Shown here piece after piece: positions 37,820-46,620 of a stretch of 64,000 bases of DNA (the stretch's first letter is position 1; every line of letters starts with the position of its first letter). Source of the stretch: an uncultured Desulfovibrio sp. Its GTDB lineage: Bacteria; Desulfobacterota; Desulfovibrionia; Desulfovibrionales; Desulfovibrionaceae. The stretch spans positions 75,760-139,759 of the forward strand of contig CAJXYU010000009.1 of assembly GCA_913063155.1 (NCBI GenBank). The letters are read 5' to 3'. The position numbers and the translations under genes are program-made. The notes under the pieces were generated by a model that did not search any database, was not told the DNA's origin, and worked only from the letters and a program-made list of their open reading frames with translations.

Positions 37820-37838
37820 TGACTCAACACATGAGTCA
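37820..37838. promoter_or_regulatory. Perfect palindrome TGACTCA-N5-TGAGTCA in the divergent region
   Basis: Read directly at 37820-37838, between the peptidase start and the LysR remnant. Confidence 0.3.
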
Positions 37839-37946
37839 ACCATGGGAACGAAACTGCACTTTGAAAACTGCTGATCCTTCAGGCGGCTCGTGTCACTCGC
37901 TTGAGGAGGAAAGAAAAAAACAGTCTTCGCCGCCCCAGGCATTCGC

Positions 37947-38354
37947 ATGGAGGTGCTGTGTCATATGCCGTTGTCCGTTGTGGTCTCCGCCTCTTCTTCT
38001 ATTGCAGGCCGCAAGCGGGTTGAGCCATCGGACCTGGCGGACATGCAACTTATCGTCACCCCCAGGGTCTGGAACGCCCGCCAAGCCATTGAGCAGGCTT
38101 TCCGTGAAGACGGTGCCGTCCCATACTCCGTGGCGCAGTGCGACAACATGGAGATCGTTAAGAGTTGTGTCCTGGACGGGCAAGGCGCTTCGGTTCTTCC
38201 CGACTTCACAGTGGCCGAGGAAGTGCGGCGGGGGCGGCTGGTCCGCCTCAGTGTGCCGCTTCTCCTGGCGCATGCGTCAGAGAGGGGAATTCCCGTAGTC
38301 GGCGAGGCATTTATACGGATTGCTCGTGAACTTTTCCGAGAACCTGGGGCATGA
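37947..38354 (+). pseudogene. Remnant of a LysR-family regulator (C-terminal substrate-binding part only)
   Basis: 135 aa matching the distal LysR effector domain (EPSDLADMQLIV...NARQAIEQAF...NMEIVKSCVLDGQGASVLPDFTVAEEVRRGRLV). No HTH. The frame opens only at 37905, just after an in-frame TGA (37902-37904). Confidence 0.6.
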
Positions 38355-38409
38355 GGGACTTTTTTGGATTTTTCGTGAATGCCTTGGGAACGGGAGGATT
38401 GTCCGTTTT

Positions 38410-40614
38410 TTATTCGGACTTTTTTTCGTCGTGAAGTTGATTGGCGATGCTGATGAGCAGGGTATCCATGTCCACGGGTTTGGCCAGGTAGTCGTTGAAC
38501 CCGGCCTGGATGATGGATTCCCGGTCGCCTCGCATGGCGTAAGCCGTAAGGGCCACCACCGGGATTTCCCGATGGGCTTCGCCCCCCTTGCCGTCGCGGA
38601 TGGCTTGGAGTGTTTCCAGACCGTCCATGGTGGGCATCTGGATATCCATGATCACGCAGTCGTAATCGTTAACCTGCAGCTCTTCCAGCACCTTTTGCCC
38701 GTCGTTGACGCTGGTGACGTTGTGCCCGGCTTTTTCCAGGAAACGACTGGCGGCCAGTCGGTTGACCGGATTGTCCTCCGCCAGGAGGATGGAATACCGT
38801 TTGGAAACCGAGAATTCCGGCACAATGCAGACATCGCCCATATGATCTGGAGCTGTCCCAGGTCTGACACTCACGTTGAAGCGTATCGAAGTTCCTTTGT
38901 TTACCGTGCTGGTGATGGAGATGGCGCCGTGCATGAGGTCCACCAGTCTTTTCACGATGGCCAGGCCCAGGCCGGTGCCTGCAAAGCGCCGGGTCAGAGC
39001 GCCTTCCACCTGGGTAAACGGTTCGAAAATGACGGCCAGCTTGTCCTTGGGAATTCCTATTCCCGTGTCGGATACCGTGATGTTCAGCTGGATTGATTTG
39101 TCGACCACAGGATCGGGGCGGGCTAAGGCTTCCACCCTTATTGAACCCTTATGGGTGAATTTGACCGCGTTGCCCATCAGATTGAACAGAATTTGCCGGA
39201 TGCGCCCCGCGTCGCCCAGCAGCCACTCCGGGGTACCGGACTCGATGCCCCAACTCAGAGTGATGTCCTTGTCCTTTAGTTGCTGGTTGAAAATGTTGGC
39301 GACGGAACTGAGCATTTTGGAAAGCTGGAAACTGGAAGGCTCGATTTCCATTTTTCCGGCCTCTATTTTTGAGAGGTCGAGGATGTCGTTGATGATTTCC
39401 AGCAGGCTCTTGCCCGCGGTCTCGGCATTCTGGATGTATTCGAGTTGTTCCGTGCTGAGCTCGGTGCAGGCCAGGAGCTGGAGCATGGAGAGTACGCCGT
39501 TGAGCGGGGTGCGTATCTCATGGCTCATGTTCGCCAGGAATTCCGATTTTGCCTGGCTGGACTCTTCAGCCTTGAGCGTCAGTGTGCGGAGGTCCTTTTC
39601 AATGGTGTGGCGTTTGAGAGCGGCGCTAAGGATGCTTGCCGCCGTTTGCAGGGCGTCGAGTTCGGCAGAACTCCAGTCCCGCTCGGTCCGGCATTCGTCA
39701 AGGCCGATGAACCCCCACCAGTGGCCGTCCAGGTAGATGGGAGCCGCAGCCAGGGAAATGATGTCCTGCTGCTCCAGAAGATTTCTCTCTTTTTTGGGAA
39801 ATTCGATTACATTGCCCGCTATCATCTTGTGCTTCAGGAAGCGTTTTTTCCAGCGTCCGGCCCCTGCCTCCTCATAGCCGATATCCAGGAATTTGGTTTT
39901 GCCGATTTTACGCTGCACGCCCTTGGCCCCCCATTCCACCAAGGGAGTCATGCGTTCGGAGCCGTCCTGGGCGTAATAGTTCTTGAACACATGGACACGG
40001 CTTACGTCCGTGGCTTTGCCCAGTCGTTTCAGGAATTCCGGTATATGTTTGTGCCAATACCCCTCGGCCAGGAAACGTTCCGAGGCCCAGTTCATGGCTT
40101 CCAGAATGGCGTCGCGTTTAAGGAGCGCCAGTTCGTTCTGCTTGCGTTCGGTGATGTCCGTGGCGATTTCCAGGCGTACCAGACGACCGTCGGGCCAGTG
40201 TATGGCCCGATCCTGAATGTAGTACCAGCGGCCATTGCTCGTATTTTGGAATTCCCAGATGTGGACATCCTTGGGCTTGCCATTCTGATCCACGATCTTG
40301 TCGTTGGTGCAGAAAGGACAGGGGCCGGTCTGGTCCCGCTGCAGAACCTCCCAGCACTTGCGTCCGATGGCGTTCTGGTCGACACCCACGTCGTTCATGC
40401 TTTTCCGGTTCAGGAAGATGAGTTCATTGGAGGCGATATCCGCGACGTAGACGACCGCGTCCAGGCTGTCGAGTACGGTGAACAGACGCTGGAAGTTCTC
40501 CTCCGGACTGCTGAATTGAAAGACCGTCAACTGATCTTCGTGCGCCATACGCGTTCCCTGGATTGCTTTCGTTGAAGGCATCGCAGTGTGAACAATACCC
40601 GTCCCCATAATCAT
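38410..40614 (-). CDS. Hybrid sensor histidine kinase (PAS/GAF - HisKA - HATPase - receiver)
   Basis: 734 aa. H-box FLANMSHEIRTPLNG, N/G boxes (NLMGNAVKFT, DTGIGI, GTGLGLAI), and a C-terminal receiver (ILLAEDNPVN...DCVIMDIQMPTMDG). Confidence 0.85.
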   Translation of the reverse strand: MIMGTGIVHTAMPSTKAIQGTRMAHEDQLTVFQFSSPEENFQRLFTVLDSLDAVVYVADIASNELIFLNRKSMNDVGVDQNAIGRKCWEVLQRDQTGPCPFCTNDKIVDQNGKPKDVHIWEFQNTSNGRWYYIQDRAIHWPDGRLVRLEIATDITERKQNELALLKRDAILEAMNWASERFLAEGYWHKHIPEFLKRLGKATDVSRVHVFKNYYAQDGSERMTPLVEWGAKGVQRKIGKTKFLDIGYEEAGAGRWKKRFLKHKMIAGNVIEFPKKERNLLEQQDIISLAAAPIYLDGHWWGFIGLDECRTERDWSSAELDALQTAASILSAALKRHTIEKDLRTLTLKAEESSQAKSEFLANMSHEIRTPLNGVLSMLQLLACTELSTEQLEYIQNAETAGKSLLEIINDILDLSKIEAGKMEIEPSSFQLSKMLSSVANIFNQQLKDKDITLSWGIESGTPEWLLGDAGRIRQILFNLMGNAVKFTHKGSIRVEALARPDPVVDKSIQLNITVSDTGIGIPKDKLAVIFEPFTQVEGALTRRFAGTGLGLAIVKRLVDLMHGAISITSTVNKGTSIRFNVSVRPGTAPDHMGDVCIVPEFSVSKRYSILLAEDNPVNRLAASRFLEKAGHNVTSVNDGQKVLEELQVNDYDCVIMDIQMPTMDGLETLQAIRDGKGGEAHREIPVVALTAYAMRGDRESIIQAGFNDYLAKPVDMDTLLISIANQLHDEKKSE

Positions 40615-40663
40615 GGAGTATTATTTTTGAGGGAGAAAGCGCTCTGTGCGGCGGGACGGAAAA

Positions 40664-41569
40664 TCAGAGTCGTTTACGGGTGAACAGGGTGTTGTAGGTG
40701 ATGGTCAGCAGCACGGCGAACACGGCCGATCCAACTCCAAGCACGGCCTTGTAGTAGGCCGGCGCGGTCAGGGCCATGCGGATGAACAGGGTGGAAAGAG
40801 CGAATCCGGAGTTGCGGAATACGGCCCTGAAGGTGGGAAGGTAGCGCTGGGAAATGAGCACCAGCAGGATGTCGCTGAAAATCAGCACGGTGTAGAAGGC
40901 TTCGAAAAAGCCGAAGTCGTGCCCGTGTCCGTGGGCGAAGAGCCAGCAGTTGTATAAGCCCATGCCCAGGAAGGCGGCCAGCAGTACCAGGGCTACGATT
41001 TTCTTGGCGGCCACGAATTTGAAGAGCACGGCGCCCTTGGTGGCTTCATCGTCGGGATCGCGGCGGAGCAGGGTATAGACGCCGAGCAGGGCGAATATGA
41101 GCAATGCGGAACACCCGTCCGCAACAATATGCTTCACCGCTTCGATCTGCGCTTCACCGATGTGGATCGGCTCCGGAAAGTGGACGAGTTCCTTGAAGGA
41201 ACTGCGCAGCAGAATCAGGGCCAGAATCTCGAATTGCTTGCCCACTGCCTTGGAAATGGAGCAAGGCAGGGTAAAGATGAGGCTGACCACCTCGAGAATG
41301 AGCACCAAGGTGAAGGCCAGGCTGATGGCCATGTAGTGGCTGGTGGGCGTTCTGGCGGCGATCGAGTTGGGCAGCAGGCCCTGCCTGTTCAGTTCGATGC
41401 CCAACATCCCCAGCAGGAAGACTATGACCAGCAGACCGGCGACATTGCGCTGGGTCCGGTCGCTTTCCCACCAGTGGTGCAGGGGATCGAAGAGGTAGGT
41501 AGCTCCGTTGTAGACCCGGTGCATGAGGCCGAGGCCCTCGCCGGCCGACTGTGGTTTCAGAGCCGCCAC
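40664..41569 (-). CDS. Hypothetical polytopic membrane protein (about 6 spans)
   Basis: 301 aa. GTG start 4 nt after the helicase stop (an ATG at 41524 is an alternative). No family recognised. Confidence 0.5.
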   Translation of the reverse strand: MAALKPQSAGEGLGLMHRVYNGATYLFDPLHHWWESDRTQRNVAGLLVIVFLLGMLGIELNRQGLLPNSIAARTPTSHYMAISLAFTLVLILEVVSLIFTLPCSISKAVGKQFEILALILLRSSFKELVHFPEPIHIGEAQIEAVKHIVADGCSALLIFALLGVYTLLRRDPDDEATKGAVLFKFVAAKKIVALVLLAAFLGMGLYNCWLFAHGHGHDFGFFEAFYTVLIFSDILLVLISQRYLPTFRAVFRNSGFALSTLFIRMALTAPAYYKAVLGVGSAVFAVLLTITYNTLFTRKRL

Positions 41570-41573
41570 TGTC

Positions 41574-44500
41574 CTATACCTCGAAGAGCATTTCCAGGTC
41601 GTCGCGCGTCAGGCTTTTGAGCGCGGATTGTCCCGGAATGATGGCTTCGGCCACGTCCTTTTTCATTTCCTGCAGTTTGAGGATTTTTTCTTCCACCGTG
41701 TTCTGGCAGATCATCTTGTAGGCGAAGACCTGGCGTTTCTGGCCGATGCGGTGTGTACGGTCGGTGGCCTGGTTTTCCACGGCCGGGTTCCACCACGGGT
41801 CGTAGTGGATGACGTAGTCCGCAGAGGTCAGGTTCAGACCGGTGCCGCCGGCTTTGAGCGAGATCAGGAACAACGGGATGTCCGGCGAATCGTTGAAACG
41901 GTCGACCTGATCGAATCGGTCCTTGGAAGAACCGTCCAGATAGCAGAAGGGCATGTCCTTGATTTCCAGCCAGGAGCGGATGATGTGCAGCATGGACACG
42001 AATTGGGAGAAAACCAGCACCTTGTGTCCGCCGTCGATGATGTCGGTCACCAGATCCTTGAAGGCGTCGAACTTGCCCGACGGCAGGTTGGTCTCGATGC
42101 CCGGGATGTCCAGTTTCAGAAGGCGCGGGTGGCAGCAGATCTGGCGCAGCTTCAACAGGGCGTCCAGAATGGACATCTGGCTTTTGGCCAGGCCCTTTTC
42201 GTCCACGTCCTTGAGCACTTGGTCCTTGAGCCGCTTGGCCAGGGCGCTGTAGAGCTCCTGCTGCTCCTCGATGAGGTCGCAGTAGTGTGTGGTTTCTATC
42301 TTGGGCGGCAGATCCTTGGCCACTTCGGACTTGGTGCGGCGCAGGATGAACGGCTTCACCCTGGAGCGCAGGTAGTCGAGGGTTTCTTCGTCACCATCCT
42401 TGATGGGCTTGACGATACCGCGCTGGAAGGAATGCTGGGAGCCCAGGAAGCCGGGCATGAGGAATTCAAACAGGGACCACAGCTCGAACAGGTTGTTTTC
42501 GATGGGGGTACCGGACAGGCAGAGCTTCATATCCGCGTCCAGTCTGCGCACCGAACGGGCAGTGATGGTGTTCGGGTTCTTGATGTTCTGGGCTTCGTCC
42601 AGGATGACCGCGTTGTATTTGTACTTGAGCAGTTCGTCCAGGTCGCGGCGCAGCAGGGCGTAGGTGGTGATGATCAAGTCCGAGTTCTTGATGTGCTGGA
42701 ACAGATCCTCACGCTTGGCGCCGTAGATGGTCAGGCGGGTCAGATCCGGCACGAACTTCTGGGCTTCACGCTCCCAGTTCGGGAGTACGGAGGTGGGGAC
42801 GATGATCAGGTTCGGCCCGGCATTGCCCGACTCGGCAATGGATTGGATGAAGGACAGGGTCTGGATGGTCTTTCCGAGCCCCATTTCGTCCGCAAGAATG
42901 CCGCCGAAACCGTATTCACGCAGGAAGTTCAGGTAGCTCAGCCCCTGCTGCTGATAGGGGCGCAGCGTGGCGTTGAGATTCTTTGGCTGGTCAACTTGCC
43001 TGATTTCCTTGAAGTTTTCTATTTTCTGGCGCAGCTCGACAAAGAATTCGTCGGTCTTGGCGTGCGGTATGTCATCCAGAATCTTGTCCAGCACCGGAGC
43101 TTCGAATTGCTGGAATTGCTGCTGGGGCGGTTTCTCCGGGTCGTAGCCAAGAGCCTTGAGTTTGTAGCCCAACCGCTTGAGCCAGCTCTCAGGCAGGCTG
43201 GTATAGGAGCCGTCCTTGAGCTGCACAAAGCGTTTGCCGCTGGTCCATGCCTTCCAGATCTTGTCGATGGGCACCCGCTGGTCGTCGTATTCCACGGCCA
43301 GATCCAGGTTGAACCACTTGTTTTCCTCGTCCGTTTCCACCTCGGCCACGATTTCCGGCTTGGAGTTGCGGACCTTGTAGCGGGTCAGGTTCTTTTCACC
43401 ATAAACCCGGTATGCCTCGATGAGCATGGGGTAATAGTCCAGCAGGAAGTTGATGGCTTCTTCCTGCTCCATGAACCAGATGTGATTGCTGCGCGGCTGG
43501 AATCCCATGCTGGCCAGCTCGGCAAGGAGCATGGCTTCTTCCTGCTGTTCGCGGCGGATAAGGTAGCTCTTGCCTTCCACATGATAGCTGCCGGTTTGCA
43601 GGTCCGGGTTGGGGCCGGGCAGGCTGAATTCGCCGTGCTCGTTTTCGTAGATGTTCTGGACCTTGAGGGTCAGCAGGCTGCCTTCTTCGTCCAGGTAGAG
43701 CTTCGGGTTGTAGTGTGCCGCCTGGAAGATGGGGCCGACCCGCTCCAGGAAGTCTTCCTGGCCGTAAAGGTCGGACTGGGGGATTTTGGTCCAGACGCGA
43801 TCCAGGAATTCGGAAACATCCGAATGGGGGATGATGGGCTCCTGCTCCACCATGTCCTGAATCAGTTCCGGATCAAGTCCGGTCTGTACCGGGTAGAATC
43901 CCTGCTTGCGGTAGACCCACAAGGGCAACCGGCCATAGAAAAAGACTTCGTCTTCCGCCTTGATGGGGAAGGGGAGTTTGTCGTCGCGCGCCAGCATGAT
44001 GTCGAAGTTCAGCCCGTCTTCGGAAAGATGGGGTGAAAGCTTGAGCTGCATGGTCTTGTTCTCGATGCGAACGGGCTGGTCGGATTCGCGCAGGTAAAGG
44101 TAATATTCGCTTTTGATGGAGCGGAAGAACCAGGAGTGCAGACCGGCCGGTATTTCGACCTTGTGTCCCCAATACTCGAGATAGTGACCGATCATCTCGG
44201 CCACGCGGGGCAGGAAGGGAGAGGTTTCGCACCAGTCCGGGTTTTCCACGATCTGTTGCAGGGTGACTTCGTTCTGTACCTGGGAAATGCCGGACTTATT
44301 TTGGCGTGCGCGGAAAAAAGCCACCTGCAATCTGCCCAACTCGGGGTAGATGCGGTAAATGATGTAGTGCTTTCCCGCTTCGGGTTCCAGTTCGGTGGCA
44401 AAAAAAGGTCTGAAAGTCTGGTGCCAGTCAGTTCTCGGGGCGGGGATCTCCTCGCCTTGTTCCGTATCCAGGGATTTGAGCAGCTTGACCGCAGTGGCCG

Positions 44501-44822
44501 CCACATGCCTGCATACGCCGGAGAACGAGTCCGGGCAATTGCAGTAGTAATTGACGGTGTTGTCGCTGAGATTGATGCCGATTTCCGAGGAGTAGTTCTG
44601 GAAGTCCTCACCCTCGACCTGTCCCTCAATATCCCAGTACCGTTCTCGCTGCTTGAGGTCCATTTTCTGAACCCCGCCCGAGGCGGCAATGCTTTGTCCC
44701 ATCTCCAGGATGTAGTCCGGGACGGTGTCGTTCACAAATCCCTGAAGTATCTGTTTGACAACTGATTCTTCGCCGTTGGCCATTTTTCTCGAAAGCTCCT
44801 TGGTATTTTCTCCCTCGACCAT
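41574..44822 (-). CDS. SNF2-family helicase/translocase with an N-terminal SWIM zinc finger
   Basis: 1082 aa. SWIM CNCPDSFSGVCRHVAA. Helicase motifs LADEMGLGKT, DEAQNIKN, LSGTPIEN, QATDRTHRIGQ. Confidence 0.9.
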   Translation of the reverse strand: MVEGENTKELSRKMANGEESVVKQILQGFVNDTVPDYILEMGQSIAASGGVQKMDLKQRERYWDIEGQVEGEDFQNYSSEIGINLSDNTVNYYCNCPDSFSGVCRHVAATAVKLLKSLDTEQGEEIPAPRTDWHQTFRPFFATELEPEAGKHYIIYRIYPELGRLQVAFFRARQNKSGISQVQNEVTLQQIVENPDWCETSPFLPRVAEMIGHYLEYWGHKVEIPAGLHSWFFRSIKSEYYLYLRESDQPVRIENKTMQLKLSPHLSEDGLNFDIMLARDDKLPFPIKAEDEVFFYGRLPLWVYRKQGFYPVQTGLDPELIQDMVEQEPIIPHSDVSEFLDRVWTKIPQSDLYGQEDFLERVGPIFQAAHYNPKLYLDEEGSLLTLKVQNIYENEHGEFSLPGPNPDLQTGSYHVEGKSYLIRREQQEEAMLLAELASMGFQPRSNHIWFMEQEEAINFLLDYYPMLIEAYRVYGEKNLTRYKVRNSKPEIVAEVETDEENKWFNLDLAVEYDDQRVPIDKIWKAWTSGKRFVQLKDGSYTSLPESWLKRLGYKLKALGYDPEKPPQQQFQQFEAPVLDKILDDIPHAKTDEFFVELRQKIENFKEIRQVDQPKNLNATLRPYQQQGLSYLNFLREYGFGGILADEMGLGKTIQTLSFIQSIAESGNAGPNLIIVPTSVLPNWEREAQKFVPDLTRLTIYGAKREDLFQHIKNSDLIITTYALLRRDLDELLKYKYNAVILDEAQNIKNPNTITARSVRRLDADMKLCLSGTPIENNLFELWSLFEFLMPGFLGSQHSFQRGIVKPIKDGDEETLDYLRSRVKPFILRRTKSEVAKDLPPKIETTHYCDLIEEQQELYSALAKRLKDQVLKDVDEKGLAKSQMSILDALLKLRQICCHPRLLKLDIPGIETNLPSGKFDAFKDLVTDIIDGGHKVLVFSQFVSMLHIIRSWLEIKDMPFCYLDGSSKDRFDQVDRFNDSPDIPLFLISLKAGGTGLNLTSADYVIHYDPWWNPAVENQATDRTHRIGQKRQVFAYKMICQNTVEEKILKLQEMKKDVAEAIIPGQSALKSLTRDDLEMLFEV

Positions 44823-44899
44823 GGGGCAATATCCGCTATGGCGGGGGCGAAAATTCTATGTAATACTTGGGCTCATGGAGTATTTAGGGCAGAAAATTG

Positions 44900-44914
44900 T
44901 GGAAGTGTGTTTGC
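44900..44914 (+). promoter_or_regulatory. Weak sigma54-like -24/-12 element upstream of the family-5 binding-protein gene
   Basis: TGGAAG-TGTGT-TTGC with correct GG-N10-GC spacing, 56 nt before the ATG at 44970. The -24 box matches only in TGG. Confidence 0.3.
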
Positions 44915-44969
44915 CTCCCCCCAAGAGCTAATTGTATATGATCGAATAACCCCCCTTTGGCAAGAAAAA

Positions 44970-46607
44970 ATGAAAGCCGTAAACTTTGTACTGGTATTAG
45001 TCTTCGTGTTTCAGCTGTTCGGATGCTCCGACCCAGGCCCCCGGCCCGCCGAGCGGGGAGCGCGCGTGGTTGATGCCGTGATTCCTGACACTCCTCAATA
45101 CGGCGGCCGGTTGGTGGTGCCCTCCATTGGGGCTTTCACCAACTTTATTCCGTATCTTTCCACGGACGCAGGAGATCATAATATAACCAAGAAAGTCTAT
45201 GTCGCTCCTCTTCGCTACAATAAAAACATCGAACTTGTCCCCTGGGCGGCCGAGTCGTTCGAGGTGCTCGACGGCGGCAAGCACCTCAAGTTCAAGCTGC
45301 GGGAGGACATCTACTGGTTCGACGGCGTGCAACTTACGGCCGAGGACATGGAGTTCACCTACAACCTGCTCATCGATCCCAAGACGCCAACGGCCTATTC
45401 CACGGACTGGAAGGCCATCAATGAATTCCGCCGCACCGGCAAGTTCACCTTCGAGGTCTTTTACGACAAGTCCTATGCCCGCGCGTTGGTGACCTGGGCT
45501 TTGGACATTCTTCCCAAGCATGCCTTGGAGCACGAGGATATAGCAAACACCAAGTACAGCAGGGCTCCCTTGGGGGCCGGAGCATACAAGCTCAAGGAAT
45601 GGATTCCGGGCCGCCGGGCGGTGCTGGAATCCAACCCTGACTATTTTCTCGGCAAGCCGTATATCGACACGATAGTATATCGCAATGTCAGCGATATCGC
45701 CACCCAATTCCTGGAACTCAAGGCCGGGAATGTGGACATGATGGGCCTGACCCCGCTTCAATACCTGCGCCAGACCGTGGGGAAAGACTGGGCGGGATAC
45801 AACAAGTACAAATATCTGTCTTTTGGATATTCGTTTCTGGCCTACAATCTCAGGCATCCATTTTTCCAGGATAAACGGGTCAGGCAGGCGCTGGATTATG
45901 CCATAGATAAACAGGAGATCGTCAAAGGCGTGCTCATGGGCTTGGGTATCCCGACCATCGGTCCTTACAAGCCCGGCACCTGGGTCTACAACGACAAGAT
46001 CAAGGACCGCGGCTACCATCCGGACAAGGCACGGAAGCTGCTGGCCGAGGCGGGCTGGAAGGACACGAACGGAGACGGACTGCTGGACAAGGACGGAAAG
46101 CCGTTTTATTTCACCATACTGACCAACCAGGGAAATTCCCAGCGGATTAAAACCAGTGTCATTATTCAGGAGCGTTTGCGTGATATTGGCATCAAGGTCG
46201 ATATCCGCGTGGTGGAATGGGCTGCATTCATCAATGAGTTCATCGACAAAGGGCGTTTTGACGCCATTGTTCTGGGGTTCACCATCACCCAGGATCCAGA
46301 TTTGCACACCGTCTGGCATTCTTCCCGTATGTCTCCAAACGGTTTGAATTTTATCGGGTACAAAAACGAGGAATTGGACCGGTTGATCGTCGAGGGCAGA
46401 CATACTCTGAACCAGGCCGAACGTAAGAAAATATATGACCGTGCCCAGGAAATATTATTTGATGAACAACCGTATTGCTTTCTGTACGTTCCCTACGCTC
46501 TGCCCATTTTAAACAGCAAGGTGCAGGGAGTGAAGCCGGCACCGGCGGGAATCGATTATAACTACACCGAGTGGTGGATACCGAAGTCGCTTCAATTGCA
46601 GCGCTAG
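44970..46607 (+). CDS. ABC-type substrate-binding lipoprotein, family 5 (peptide/nickel/opine type)
   Basis: Start moved to MKAVNFVLVLVFVFQLFGCS (lipobox). Family-5 SBP sequence throughout. No cognate permease or ATPase genes nearby. Confidence 0.85.
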   Translation: MKAVNFVLVLVFVFQLFGCSDPGPRPAERGARVVDAVIPDTPQYGGRLVVPSIGAFTNFIPYLSTDAGDHNITKKVYVAPLRYNKNIELVPWAAESFEVLDGGKHLKFKLREDIYWFDGVQLTAEDMEFTYNLLIDPKTPTAYSTDWKAINEFRRTGKFTFEVFYDKSYARALVTWALDILPKHALEHEDIANTKYSRAPLGAGAYKLKEWIPGRRAVLESNPDYFLGKPYIDTIVYRNVSDIATQFLELKAGNVDMMGLTPLQYLRQTVGKDWAGYNKYKYLSFGYSFLAYNLRHPFFQDKRVRQALDYAIDKQEIVKGVLMGLGIPTIGPYKPGTWVYNDKIKDRGYHPDKARKLLAEAGWKDTNGDGLLDKDGKPFYFTILTNQGNSQRIKTSVIIQERLRDIGIKVDIRVVEWAAFINEFIDKGRFDAIVLGFTITQDPDLHTVWHSSRMSPNGLNFIGYKNEELDRLIVEGRHTLNQAERKKIYDRAQEILFDEQPYCFLYVPYALPILNSKVQGVKPAPAGIDYNYTEWWIPKSLQLQR

Positions 46608-46620
46608 ACAATAAACAAAA

